Below, in pieces: positions 38,081 to 47,496 of a DNA stretch of 64,000 nucleotides (its first letter is position 1; each line of letters begins with the position of its first letter). Source of the DNA: Cyanobacteria bacterium P01_A01_bin.15. Lineage in GTDB: Bacteria; Cyanobacteriota; Cyanobacteriia; Phormidesmidales; Phormidesmidaceae. A program made the translations under genes and the position numbers. The DNA is taken from positions 5,386 to 69,385 of the forward strand of contig JBCCAQ010000001.1 in NCBI GenBank assembly GCA_039814735.1, written 5' to 3'. The notes beneath the pieces are model-generated. The model did no database searches, was not told the origin of the DNA, and was given only the letters and a program-made list of their open reading frames with translations.

Positions 38081-38617
38081 CTAGACGCCAACGGGCACCT
38101 TCAGATCGCTCTCATTGTCGCCGCTGCTCTTAAGGGTTTCACCCTCAATAAACGAGCGCAGCATCCATACTATTTCTTCGTGCTGCTCCATCAGACCGGT
38201 TAGAAAGTCAGCAGTGCCCTCATCGCCGTACTCTTCGGAGCACTTACTTACATGGCTGCGCAGGTTGCGAATGACCTGTTCGTGGTCGACAACCAATCGA
38301 GATACCATGTCGTTGGCGCTAGGTAAATCGCCCGGATGCTCACGTAGCGTAGCGTGCTTCAAAAAGCCTTCTGCTGTTCCCACCGGATAGCCGCCCAGCA
38401 TACGAACGCGCTCTGCGTAGGCGTCGATGGCTTCTGAAATGATTTCGTAGTGCTCATCCCAGAGCTGGTGCAATGTGCGAAACTGAGGACCAACCACATC
38501 CCAGTGATACTTCTTTGTCTTAATTACAAGCAAGTAGGCATCTGAGAGATCTTGATTAAGCAAGTCTACAACGCCTTGTCGTTGCTCTTCTGATAGGCCA
38601 ATGTTGATCGGTCGCAT
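38081..38617 (-). CDS. dps: Dps DNA-protecting ferritin-like protein
   Basis: KYHWDVVGPQFRTLHQLWDEHY...DAYAERVRMLGG; DEGTADFL...HE...WML. Confidence 0.95.
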   Translation of the reverse strand: MRPINIGLSEEQRQGVVDLLNQDLSDAYLLVIKTKKYHWDVVGPQFRTLHQLWDEHYEIISEAIDAYAERVRMLGGYPVGTAEGFLKHATLREHPGDLPSANDMVSRLVVDHEQVIRNLRSHVSKCSEEYGDEGTADFLTGLMEQHEEIVWMLRSFIEGETLKSSGDNESDLKVPVGV

Positions 38618-38741
38618 AGGTTCTTTCTTGTTTGTTTTCTACCCTTCTATTTCACCGTAAATCTGTTGATGATTCATCTTCCGGAGGTTGAGTCTTATCG
38701 TTAGCTAAGATCTAACGTAAGGTAGAGGGCAGTCTGAATGC

Positions 38742-39170
38742 TCAAACCTTGTCCAGCGCGTCGGGCTTATGGGCGGCTTTGGCACCGGTTTTTTCGCTTT
38801 TAACCAGATACTTAGGATCTTCCTCGGAGGCGCTGACGTCGTAGTTTTTGATTTGAGTGGGCTGTGTCAGCTTCTTTTCTACGGTGCCAGATGTTGTTCC
38901 CTGGGCCGTATTCCACTCAACGGTATCTCCCGGCTGTAGCTTGTCCTGCGGGCTATTTGCCGGGGATAGGGTCTCTGGTCGGTGGCTGGTGACTTTATTA
39001 GTATTGTCGTTTTTGATGAAATAGCGAGGCTCATCCTTTGAGGCATCAACTGACTGCCCGTTGAGCTGGGTAGATTCGGTGATTATGTCTTGAATCGTTC
39101 CGGTGGTATGGCCTGTGCCCACGGGCCAGCTGACGCGATCGCCCATTTTAAATTGAAACTCTTTTGCCAT
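38742..39170 (-). CDS. Tandem DUF2945 (HVA1/Tudor-like) protein
   Basis: Two copies of GD.V.W...G.T.G......T...Q......AS.(D/E)(E/D)P.Y..K...T.....H.P..L. Confidence 0.85.
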   Translation of the reverse strand: MAKEFQFKMGDRVSWPVGTGHTTGTIQDIITESTQLNGQSVDASKDEPRYFIKNDNTNKVTSHRPETLSPANSPQDKLQPGDTVEWNTAQGTTSGTVEKKLTQPTQIKNYDVSASEEDPKYLVKSEKTGAKAAHKPDALDKV

Positions 39171-39234
39171 GGCTCGATTGTCTCTATTTTTTTGTATGCC
39201 CCTTAAAACATAGGCGACATCTAGAAATAAACTC

Positions 39235-39250
39235 TCATCCCTACTATGGA
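39235..39250 (-). promoter_or_regulatory. Palindromic box promoter
   Basis: TCATCC-CTAC-TATGGA; 22 bp, then TATGTT on the - strand. Confidence 0.6.
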
Positions 39251-39458
39251 TGTTGGTGATGAATTTTGGAGCCCGCAGGCCCTCTCGCTAGGCCCTCTTA
39301 TGGAGTAGTGAAAAAGCTGGTCAAGTATAACTTTAGCTAGATATAAAATCCCGACTAAAGAGGTCTAATGGCAGAACGATAATGTAGCTATTGAATGATC
39401 GACGGCTGAATAAGCTCAATGGCTGCTGTACGGCTTTTGCTTTGTTAGGAGAGAAATT

Positions 39459-42400
39459 GTGATTGGACACTGGATTGACTTGAACCTATTCCATGGGGGC
39501 GGTGCATTGTTGGCGCAGCTGTCTACCCCAGGGATAAATACCCCTGAGGAGGCTGCTCTTGTCTTCTCAGGGCCTCAATTTTTTATTGCGCTACTGTCTG
39601 GTCTGATCTTGGCGTTTGGTTTCCAGCTGTTGCTGACCAACCTGTCAGTGGCCGCCGGTATTTCCTATGTGGGTCACAGTTCTTCTTCTAAGGACAGTTC
39701 AGGCGGTATCGGTCCCCGTAAAATAGGGATTGCCTTTGGTCTTTGGACTCTGGTGACGGTTAGTCTGGCGCTGTTTTTTGCCTGTCTTTTGGCGGTTAAG
39801 CTAAGCCTCTATGACAGTGCGCTGCTGGGGGCTATCACCGGACTTGTTATTTGGGGAACCTACTTCTGTCTTTTGTTTTGGGTGAGTTCGACCACTGTGG
39901 GGTCATTGATTGGCTCCGTGGTGCGAACGGCTACTGCTAGCTTTCAGGCGCTGGTGGGTACCGCAACGGCCGCCATGGGTGCCAAAGTCGCTAGCAACCA
40001 AACTATTCAAACGGCAGAAGCAGCGGCGAACGCGATTCGTCAGGAACTGACGGCCGCCTGGAACGGTGAGGACCTGGCGGAATCACTGTCGGACTATCTG
40101 AATGCGCTTCGCTCCCCTGAGTTGGATGTTGCCAAGCTGGAGTCTGAGTTTGAGAATCTGCTGCAGACATCTGATGTCATATCTGGCTCGAACCGGGATG
40201 TCCTGCGTCAGATTGACCGGCAGGCATTTGTTGAACTGTTGCAAAACCGTACCGATTTGTCGCGTCAGGAAGTCAATCGGGTTGCCAATCGTCTGTACAG
40301 CCGGTGGCAAGCGGTATCGGCCCACACCGGTGTTGAATCGCTGGTGGACTATCTGCGCTCGGCCAAGCCTGAGCAGCTGATGTCAGAACAGCTGGGTCAG
40401 CGTCTAGATCAGTTTTTGGCAGAGTACCGTCGCCAAAATACGGATCACAAGGGTAAGTCGCCACTGTCCCAGGGAATGAGTCAGGCGTTTAACATGCTGT
40501 CGGGGGTGTTGATGGGTCGGGTAGATCTATCCGATGCGGATGTGGGCCAGCTGCGTAAACAGCTGCAATCGGCTCAGTCACAGCTAGGGTCCCAGGCGGA
40601 TACGTTGGTTGCCCAGGTGACCGATGGTGGTGAGTCCGACGGTACCATCAGGGCCGACGTTGAGAACTATTTGCTAGGCTCCTATGCCTGGCAGCTGTCT
40701 CCCCGCCGGTTAGAAGCGGAGTTCGCCCAGGTTCTCTATGACCGCGATGCGGACGGTCGTTTGCTGGCGGCAGCCCTCCAGCGTCTTGATCTGGCCTATT
40801 TTAGACAGGTGTTAGAGTCTTCTGGGCTGCTGACCCAGGCTGAGATTGAGGATACGGCCCTACGTTTAGAAACCATTCGTCAGCAGGTCCTAGCGGAGGT
40901 GACCGAGCAGTATCGTGTGGCAGCGCGCAAAGGTCTTTTATCTAAGGTGGATACGTTTTTGCAGTATACGCCTCGCGGCGAGCTGTTCTCGGAGATGGGC
41001 ATGGATGCCTTTAGGGCGCTGTTGGAAGACGATGGCGTTGATGCATCTGAGCTAGAGGAGCGCTTTATCCAGTTTGGCTATGAGTATTTCTTTAAGCATC
41101 TGCGCCAGCGCGACGACCTCAATGAGCAGGAAGCGGGCACGGTTGCCAGTCGCTTAGAGCAGGTTATGCAAAAGGTTCTGGCGGATTCTAAGGGACTAGA
41201 TGCCTCCGTTGAGGTGAGGGCCGATCAAAAGTGGCAGGAGCTACAGACCTATCTGCGTGATACGGGCAAACCTGAGCTAAATCCTGAGGGTATCAAGGCC
41301 GATATTCATAAGCTTTTGGATGACCCGGAGGTGGGTAGCCGACGGCTGCAGCAGCGGCTGTCCCAGTTTGATCGCAATACGTTGATTCAGCTCCTGAGCC
41401 AGCGACAGGAATTCTCTGAAGCTGAAATCAAACGGGTCATGCAGGATGTTGAGGCGTCTTGGTACTCGATTTTGAGAACGCCAGCCAGACTGACTGAGCA
41501 GGCTAAGGCCAACTATGAGCAGGCCAACCAGGCGATCGCAAACTATCTGCGTAGCACGGGTAAACCCGAGCTTAACCCCACGGGTATTAAGCGGGATCTA
41601 GAGCTGCTGGTCAACGACCCCCAAGCTGGAATGGATGCTGTGCGATCGCGGCTGGCTAGCATGGATCGCGACACCCTAGTCCAGCTACTCAGCCAGCGGG
41701 ACGATCTGTCAGAAGCGGAGATCAACCGCATCATTGACGACCTGCTGGAGAGTATCCAGAGCGTGCTGCGACTGCCCCGTCGCCTGGCTCGGCGCACCCA
41801 GCAGCAGGCCCTGTCTTTTAAAGATGCGCTGGAGGACTATTTGCGCAGTACCGATAAGGCGGCCCTCAACCCCGAGGGTATTAAGCGCGACCTGCAGCTG
41901 TTGCTAAACGACCCCAGACTGGGTGGTGAGCGACTTCAAGAACGGTTGGCCCAGGTGGACCGTGACACGGTGGTGACGCTAATTGCCCAGCGTGATGATA
42001 TGTCCCGTGAGGATGTAGAGGCCGCTGTGGATCAGGTGCTGTCGGTGCGCGATCGGTTGATAGCCCAGATCCGTCAGCTACAGGCTCGGCTGGAGATGGC
42101 CCTCAATCGCATCCTCGATCAGGTGCGTCAGTATCTCGATTCCCTCGATCGGCCCGAGCTAAACTACTACGGTATCAAGCGCGATCTGACCAAACTGTTT
42201 GATGACCCCCAGGCGGGTTTTGATGCCCTCCAACAGCGGCTGTCCCAGTTTGACCGCAATACCCTAGTGGCGCTGATGAGCTCCCATGAGTCCGTATCCC
42301 AGGCCGATGCTAACCGGGTGATTAGCCAGGTTGAAGCGGCCCGCGACAGCGCCTTGCGTAAGGCAGAGCGTCTAGAGCAGCAGGTTCAAAGTCGCATCAG

Positions 42401-42539
42401 CGAACTCAAGCAGCAGGCACAGCAGCAGGTGGATGATACCCGTAAAACGGCTGAAGCGGCTTCCTGGTGGCTGTTTGGCACGGCTACGGTCTCAGCCATT
42501 ACCGCTGCGATCGCAGGCACTATTGCCGTCGGTGGTTAA
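39459..42539 (+). CDS. Large membrane-anchored helical-repeat protein
   Basis: 1026 aa; 3 N-terminal TM plus 1 C-terminal TM; four clear ~98-aa repeats YLR.T.KPELNP.GIKRDL..L..DP..G...L...DR.TL..L..QR plus degenerate copies. Confidence 0.9.
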   Translation: MIGHWIDLNLFHGGGALLAQLSTPGINTPEEAALVFSGPQFFIALLSGLILAFGFQLLLTNLSVAAGISYVGHSSSSKDSSGGIGPRKIGIAFGLWTLVTVSLALFFACLLAVKLSLYDSALLGAITGLVIWGTYFCLLFWVSSTTVGSLIGSVVRTATASFQALVGTATAAMGAKVASNQTIQTAEAAANAIRQELTAAWNGEDLAESLSDYLNALRSPELDVAKLESEFENLLQTSDVISGSNRDVLRQIDRQAFVELLQNRTDLSRQEVNRVANRLYSRWQAVSAHTGVESLVDYLRSAKPEQLMSEQLGQRLDQFLAEYRRQNTDHKGKSPLSQGMSQAFNMLSGVLMGRVDLSDADVGQLRKQLQSAQSQLGSQADTLVAQVTDGGESDGTIRADVENYLLGSYAWQLSPRRLEAEFAQVLYDRDADGRLLAAALQRLDLAYFRQVLESSGLLTQAEIEDTALRLETIRQQVLAEVTEQYRVAARKGLLSKVDTFLQYTPRGELFSEMGMDAFRALLEDDGVDASELEERFIQFGYEYFFKHLRQRDDLNEQEAGTVASRLEQVMQKVLADSKGLDASVEVRADQKWQELQTYLRDTGKPELNPEGIKADIHKLLDDPEVGSRRLQQRLSQFDRNTLIQLLSQRQEFSEAEIKRVMQDVEASWYSILRTPARLTEQAKANYEQANQAIANYLRSTGKPELNPTGIKRDLELLVNDPQAGMDAVRSRLASMDRDTLVQLLSQRDDLSEAEINRIIDDLLESIQSVLRLPRRLARRTQQQALSFKDALEDYLRSTDKAALNPEGIKRDLQLLLNDPRLGGERLQERLAQVDRDTVVTLIAQRDDMSREDVEAAVDQVLSVRDRLIAQIRQLQARLEMALNRILDQVRQYLDSLDRPELNYYGIKRDLTKLFDDPQAGFDALQQRLSQFDRNTLVALMSSHESVSQADANRVISQVEAARDSALRKAERLEQQVQSRISELKQQAQQQVDDTRKTAEAASWWLFGTATVSAITAAIAGTIAVGG

Positions 42540-42557
42540 TGTCTAACCCTGAGGGTT

Positions 42558-42595
42558 AAAACGGCTGCGGAAAATCTCTTCCGCAGCCGTTTTTT
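42558..42595 (+). terminator. Intrinsic terminator
   Basis: AAAACGGCTGCGGAA-AATCTC-TTCCGCAGCCGTTTTTT. Confidence 0.8.
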
Positions 42596-42626
42596 ATATC
42601 CTCCAAAGATCCAACAAAGGCTATAT

Positions 42627-43853
42627 ATGAGTCTCTATATCTTTTCTTTGCTGATTGTTGGCCTGGTGCTACTGGCTGTGACCCTGGGGTCTGGCTGGAT
42701 TGCCCGGTTGCCCATTTCCTACGCGCTCATTTACCTGGTGGTGGGTGTTTTTTTAGGTCCCTACGGCATTGAGTTTTTAACCAACCGGCCCAGCAGTGAG
42801 TTTATTGAACGGCTGACGGAGTTTGTGGTGATCATTTCCGTCTTTGGCTGCGGTCTTAAGATGAACCGACCCATGACCCTGGCCGCCTGGCAGATACCGG
42901 CCCGGCTGATTGGCATTCTAATGCCGTTTTCAATTGTTGCGATCGCAGCTGCCGCCCATTTTCTCCTACAGTTTGATTGGGGAGATGCCATTTTACTCGG
43001 TGCGATTTTGGCCCCCACCGACCCGGTACTAGCGTCCGAGGTACAGCTAGACCACAGCAACGATCGAGACAGCTTTCGCTTTGGCATTACTTCCGAAGGG
43101 GGGCTCAACGACTCCCTAGCCTTTCCCTTTGTCTATTTTGGGCTCAAAGCAATTGAGAACTCGTCCTGGGACAGCTGGCTGCGTCAGTGGCTATTGATCG
43201 ATGTGGTGTGGGCGCTCGCAGCCGGAATTGTTATGGGATACGCCGTTGCTAGGGCGATTCTTTGGATTGACCACCATGTGCAATGCTCCCAACCCTCCGA
43301 GGATCTGATGGAGGATCTAGTCGCCCTCAGCACCATTTTGTTGGCCTACTCCCTAACGGAACTGATCAACGGCTACGGATTTTTAGCCGTATTTGTTGCC
43401 GGGCTGACCATCCGTAAACAAGGTAAAAAGCGTCACCACAGGGCCCAGCTACACTTTATTGAACAACTTGAAAAGCTGTTGGAAATCATTGCTATTTTAT
43501 TGTTGGGCTCGCTGTTGCGTCTCCAGCAGCTCGGCTGGCATCTTCCTGCCGCTCTGCTGATATCTGGGCTGGTGCTGCTGGTAATTCGTCCGGTGGGCGC
43601 TCAAATCAGTCTTGTGGGCAGCCCCCTATCCATGACAACTCGCTGGCTGACGGGCTGGTTTGGCGTTCGTGGTTTGGGTTCGCTTTACTATCTAACCTAT
43701 GCCATGGGTCAAGGGCTAAACGGTGGCTCAGCCGAGCGCATAGCCTGGATTGTCTATACCACAGTGGTACTGTCGATCTGTCTCCATGGCGTTACCGCCT
43801 CACCGCTGATGCGCTGGTATCAGACCCGGATAAAATCATCGCCTGAGCATTGA
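42627..43853 (+). CDS. CPA1 family cation/H+ antiporter
   Basis: LGAILAPTDPVLAS, SEGGLND, WFGVRGLGSLYY. Confidence 0.92.
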   Translation: MSLYIFSLLIVGLVLLAVTLGSGWIARLPISYALIYLVVGVFLGPYGIEFLTNRPSSEFIERLTEFVVIISVFGCGLKMNRPMTLAAWQIPARLIGILMPFSIVAIAAAAHFLLQFDWGDAILLGAILAPTDPVLASEVQLDHSNDRDSFRFGITSEGGLNDSLAFPFVYFGLKAIENSSWDSWLRQWLLIDVVWALAAGIVMGYAVARAILWIDHHVQCSQPSEDLMEDLVALSTILLAYSLTELINGYGFLAVFVAGLTIRKQGKKRHHRAQLHFIEQLEKLLEIIAILLLGSLLRLQQLGWHLPAALLISGLVLLVIRPVGAQISLVGSPLSMTTRWLTGWFGVRGLGSLYYLTYAMGQGLNGGSAERIAWIVYTTVVLSICLHGVTASPLMRWYQTRIKSSPEH

Positions 43854-43898
43854 CAATGGCCTGCTCCGAGTCCATTCCAAGGCCAATAGAATGTCTCG

Positions 43899-43987
43899 CT
43901 CAGGAATAAGGATTTTATAAGCAACAAAAATTGGATGTACGGACGTTCCAGGCAACGTCCGTACATCCAATTTTTGTTTTGCCTAAG
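43899..43987. repeat. Composite REP/MITE-like element, copy 3 (long hairpin)
   Basis: CAGGAATAAGGATTTTATAAG, then AACAAAAATTGGATGTACGGACGTT-CCAGGC-AACGTCCGTACATCCAATTTTTGTT. Confidence 0.75.
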
Positions 43988-44072
43988 CATCTGTTAAAAA
44001 AAGATCGGTACGTTACGGCTATTGCCTGACACGTTTTACACAAAGCAAATATATGATTTAAATGCCCATTCC

Positions 44073-44657
44073 CTAACTCAGGTTTTCAGACTGTTCGAGA
44101 TTTTCTTGCAAGATATTTAATACAGCCTGGGGATCGGTGGCCTGCTGCATTAGCTCTGCCTCCCAGTCGGTACGATTTTCAAATTCGGGTAAGCCTGCTC
44201 GAAGTTCTTCTACTAGACCGATGAGCTTGGCTGTTTTTTGTTCAGTTAAAAGATTAATTTGTAGAATCAGATGAGATCGCTGTTCAGCCAGCTTTTCCTG
44301 ACGGGTTTGGTGTACCAAAACGCCTGTAGCAATCAGCAACGCCGCCGTATCCAACATCTGATTTTTGAGCTCATATTTCGGTAGACCAAACGGCAGCGTT
44401 GGGTCGCGGGTCCAGTAGCTCCAGCCAATCCAAATGCCAAAAAACAGCAGCTCGGCGTATAAAAAACTGGCGGTCCCAAACATTGACGCTATCTTTTGCA
44501 AAAACCGCACGTGGGTAGGAGCCGCCTGGGACTGCTGCGCCTGCATGCCGATAATAGTCTCAACGTTTTTAATCACCTGCTCGGGCAGAGGATATTTTTC
44601 ACCATTGATATATACGGAACTATCAGAAGATACAGAACTGTCAGACATTTGAAACAT
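44073..44657 (-). CDS. DUF1003 membrane protein
   Basis: NVETI...FG...F......F..WI.W; ALLIATGVL..Q.R..KLAEQRSHL.LQINLLTEQK. Confidence 0.85.
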   Translation of the reverse strand: MFQMSDSSVSSDSSVYINGEKYPLPEQVIKNVETIIGMQAQQSQAAPTHVRFLQKIASMFGTASFLYAELLFFGIWIGWSYWTRDPTLPFGLPKYELKNQMLDTAALLIATGVLVHQTRQEKLAEQRSHLILQINLLTEQKTAKLIGLVEELRAGLPEFENRTDWEAELMQQATDPQAVLNILQENLEQSENLS

Positions 44658-44842
44658 GGGTTAACTATGGCTAACTTATATCTCGCCCTCGGGCTGACTT
44701 CTTGGGGATTTCGAACCCAGCACCCCTCAAAATTGAGGGCAGGGGGCTAGTTTAGAGTTCGTTGCGTAGGTTCCATCGATAACGATATTAGCAGCTTGCC
44801 ACAATAATCTGATATGACCTACAGGTACCTTTTTTCGGATCT

Positions 44843-45955
44843 ATGAAGCGTTTACCTATCCAAAGCAGCGGTCGCTTAGATTACTTTTATGATTTACCTG
44901 GTACTGTACCCGGCACCCTGAGTGTCTCTAATATTCACGCTAGCCCACAGCTGAGCCTTATAGATTATAACGAAACCCAGGCTATCCAAACGGTGCTGGT
45001 CTCTCCCCGAGAGTGTTTGGAGTATCTTGATACTGAATCAGTATCTTGGCTAAATGTTCAAGGTCTGGGGGATATTAATATGCTGCAGCAAATGGGGGAT
45101 GTCTTTCAGCTACATCCTCTGGTGCTTGAGGATATTGTCAATGTTCCCCAGCGACCTAAGGTGGAGCGCTATGGTAATCAGCTGGTGATCATCACCCATG
45201 TGGTGACGTTTTTGCCATCTGGCCAAGGGTTTGCCAGTGAGCAAGTGAGCTTTGTTTTGGGAGACAACTACCTGCTTACCGTGCAACAAAATTCTGTCCA
45301 TGACCACTTTGCCCCTATTCGTACGCGGATTCAACAGGCCAAGGGAACCATTCGGCGCATGGGGGCTGACTATCTGGCCTATACCCTGCTAGATGCTATT
45401 GTGGACGGCTTTTTCCCAGTTCTAGAAGCCTATGGAGAGCAGTTAGAAATTCTTGAAGACGAGGTGATGCTGCATCCTAGTCAAAAGACGCTGCAAAATA
45501 TTTATCATCTTAAACGAGATCTGTCTAATCTTCGACATTTGATCTGGCTGCAGCGAGATACCCTGGCTAGCCTGCTGCGAGATAAGGATACCTTTATCAG
45601 CCGAGACCTAGAAATTTATGTGAGAGACTGTTATGACCATGCCATACAGCTGTTAGACATTGTTCAAAGCTACCGAGAAGCCTGTGCGGGGCTGATGGAA
45701 ATCTACCTTTCAGTCATGAGTAACCGCATGAATGAGGTGATGAAGACACTGACGGTTATCTCCACTATTTTTATTCCTCTCACATTTATTGCTGGCATCT
45801 ACGGTATGAACTTCAACACGGCTGCGTCACCTTTGAACATGCCAGAGTTGAACTGGTACTGGGGCTACCCGTCTGCGTGGCTGGTAATGGTTTTGATTGC
45901 AGGGGGGCTGGTTTACTTTTTCTGGAAACGGGGCTGGTTTGAAAAGTCTCTGTAG
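44843..45955 (+). CDS. corA: Mg2+/Co2+ transporter
   Basis: LHPLVLEDIVNVPQRPKVE, MNEVMKTLT, YGMNF, MPEL. Confidence 0.95.
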   Translation: MKRLPIQSSGRLDYFYDLPGTVPGTLSVSNIHASPQLSLIDYNETQAIQTVLVSPRECLEYLDTESVSWLNVQGLGDINMLQQMGDVFQLHPLVLEDIVNVPQRPKVERYGNQLVIITHVVTFLPSGQGFASEQVSFVLGDNYLLTVQQNSVHDHFAPIRTRIQQAKGTIRRMGADYLAYTLLDAIVDGFFPVLEAYGEQLEILEDEVMLHPSQKTLQNIYHLKRDLSNLRHLIWLQRDTLASLLRDKDTFISRDLEIYVRDCYDHAIQLLDIVQSYREACAGLMEIYLSVMSNRMNEVMKTLTVISTIFIPLTFIAGIYGMNFNTAASPLNMPELNWYWGYPSAWLVMVLIAGGLVYFFWKRGWFEKSL

Positions 45956-45973
45956 GGTCTGGGGCAGGCGTTG

Positions 45974-46243
45974 TTATTGGCTGTCGGCTGTTTGCGGGGT
46001 GGTAATCACATTGCTCAGTATTGTCGTTACTGACTGATAGTCGTAAACTTCTAGCCGAATTTGAGGCGGAGCTTCGAACTCAACCACCTGGTGGGGTAGC
46101 ACCGTTCTTTCTATGCAAAAAGCATGGGTATTGCTAGCTCGAATAATTTGAAATTGACCGGTTGGATTGTGATAGCGATAGCGTTGTAAATTTTCCTTGG
46201 AGTCGATTAATTTAAAGCTTTTAGGATTTAGCGTGTAGGACAT
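45974..46243 (-). CDS. DUF1830-like small protein
   Basis: Y.N.T..FQIIR.SN.....ERTV.P.Q...FEAPP...LEV; box TCTTTC-CCCC-GATAGA at 46417. Confidence 0.75.
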   Translation of the reverse strand: MSYTLNPKSFKLIDSKENLQRYRYHNPTGQFQIIRASNTHAFCIERTVLPHQVVEFEAPPQIRLEVYDYQSVTTILSNVITTPQTADSQ

Positions 46244-46485
46244 TTCTAAGACAAAATTAGGGATTAATGATTGATTTATTGACCTGCTCAGAGCTATATG
46301 TAAGCGCCAGGTAAAAAAGATTAGATTAGGTTTTGAGTAGTCAATCTTTACCAGTAGAACAGCGCTTTTTTATTAAACCCATCTATTATTAATAATTTAT
46401 TAAACAAGCTTTTACATCTTTCCCCCGATAGAGGCCAAAACTCTGTGGAGCTGCTTTTCCATCCGTCTGGGGAACTGTGGCAGGG

Positions 46486-47211
46486 CTATAGGGCTAATAA
46501 AATTGCCGTGTAGCTGCTGACGCCTAGGGCGAAGACCCAGTAGCGGCTTTGTCGTTCATCGGGAAGCTCTTCTTTAAGAACGTTAAGGATAATGCTGCCA
46601 GCCAACAGGGCAAATACAACGGCCAGGGCCGCTTCGCTAATGGCATAGCGACTGCTGATGACCCAGCCAGTGATCACAGCGGCTGCCAAAACCCACCGTC
46701 CGACCTTTTGATAGAGTCTCCTGTGGTGGTTACGCAGACCGTAGTCGTTGACCAGCATATGGGTGCCCATGGCAACGGCATACATAATCAGATTACTAAA
46801 ATCCTGCTCTTCTCGATACAGCAGATAGCCGATTACCAGGTTGTATAGGGTAAAGGAGGCCATGTGTAACCAGAAGACCCCAGGTTCGGTGACATCGCCG
46901 TCCCCTTCCGCCGCATTTTTTTCACGGGATTCTTTGGCAATGCGTTCTAGCCCGTAGAAAACAACCATACCGACCAGCGCCGCCACGTACACATGGTGCT
47001 CAAAAAAATCAAGCACCATCAGCGACGAACTTAGGTCTTGCTGGGCTTCGTTTAGGTCTGGCAGCACATGGACAAACACATAGGCCACTGAAATACCGCT
47101 GCTAAACGAAAGCCACCAGCTGCGGGGGGTGCTGTCGAGAAACTTAAGCCGGTAGCTGTATAGATGGATCAGGGCAAATGCGATCGCAACTCCCCCGGTC
47201 AAAAAGACCAT
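46486..47211 (-). CDS. ZIP-like membrane protein
   Basis: WLSFSSGISVAYVFVHVLPDL, FWLH...F..YN, H..VND, LNVLKEELP. Confidence 0.75.
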   Translation of the reverse strand: MVFLTGGVAIAFALIHLYSYRLKFLDSTPRSWWLSFSSGISVAYVFVHVLPDLNEAQQDLSSSLMVLDFFEHHVYVAALVGMVVFYGLERIAKESREKNAAEGDGDVTEPGVFWLHMASFTLYNLVIGYLLYREEQDFSNLIMYAVAMGTHMLVNDYGLRNHHRRLYQKVGRWVLAAAVITGWVISSRYAISEAALAVVFALLAGSIILNVLKEELPDERQSRYWVFALGVSSYTAILLAL

Positions 47212-47399
47212 AGCCGACTGCTCCCGTATGCTAGGGGCGTTATGGTCGGGCTAAAGAGAGCCGACCGACCGATCAGAAGCCACCGGGGCGTTAGCCTACC
47301 CATAATTTTGCAGCTTTCGGTGGGTTGATACCCCATAGTCATAAAAACCTATCGCCTAAAATATTGATCAAACAATATCAGCATAAGGAAGGGCTGTTA

Positions 47400-47415
47400 T
47401 CCAACCAGCGGTAGA
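47400..47415 (-). promoter_or_regulatory. Palindromic box promoter
   Basis: TCCAAC-CAGC-GGTAGA; 22 bp, then TATTGT on the - strand. Confidence 0.7.
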
Positions 47416-47496
47416 TGAACGATATAACGGTATGTTGTAAAAACACGCAAACGCTCCAGATGACATCAAGCTGGTTTAGGCCCTTATATTAGACAG

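Noticed and set aside
39459-42539. MFS transporter-type annotation for the 1026-aa protein
   Set aside because: Only four hydrophobic segments; most of the protein is soluble helical repeats.
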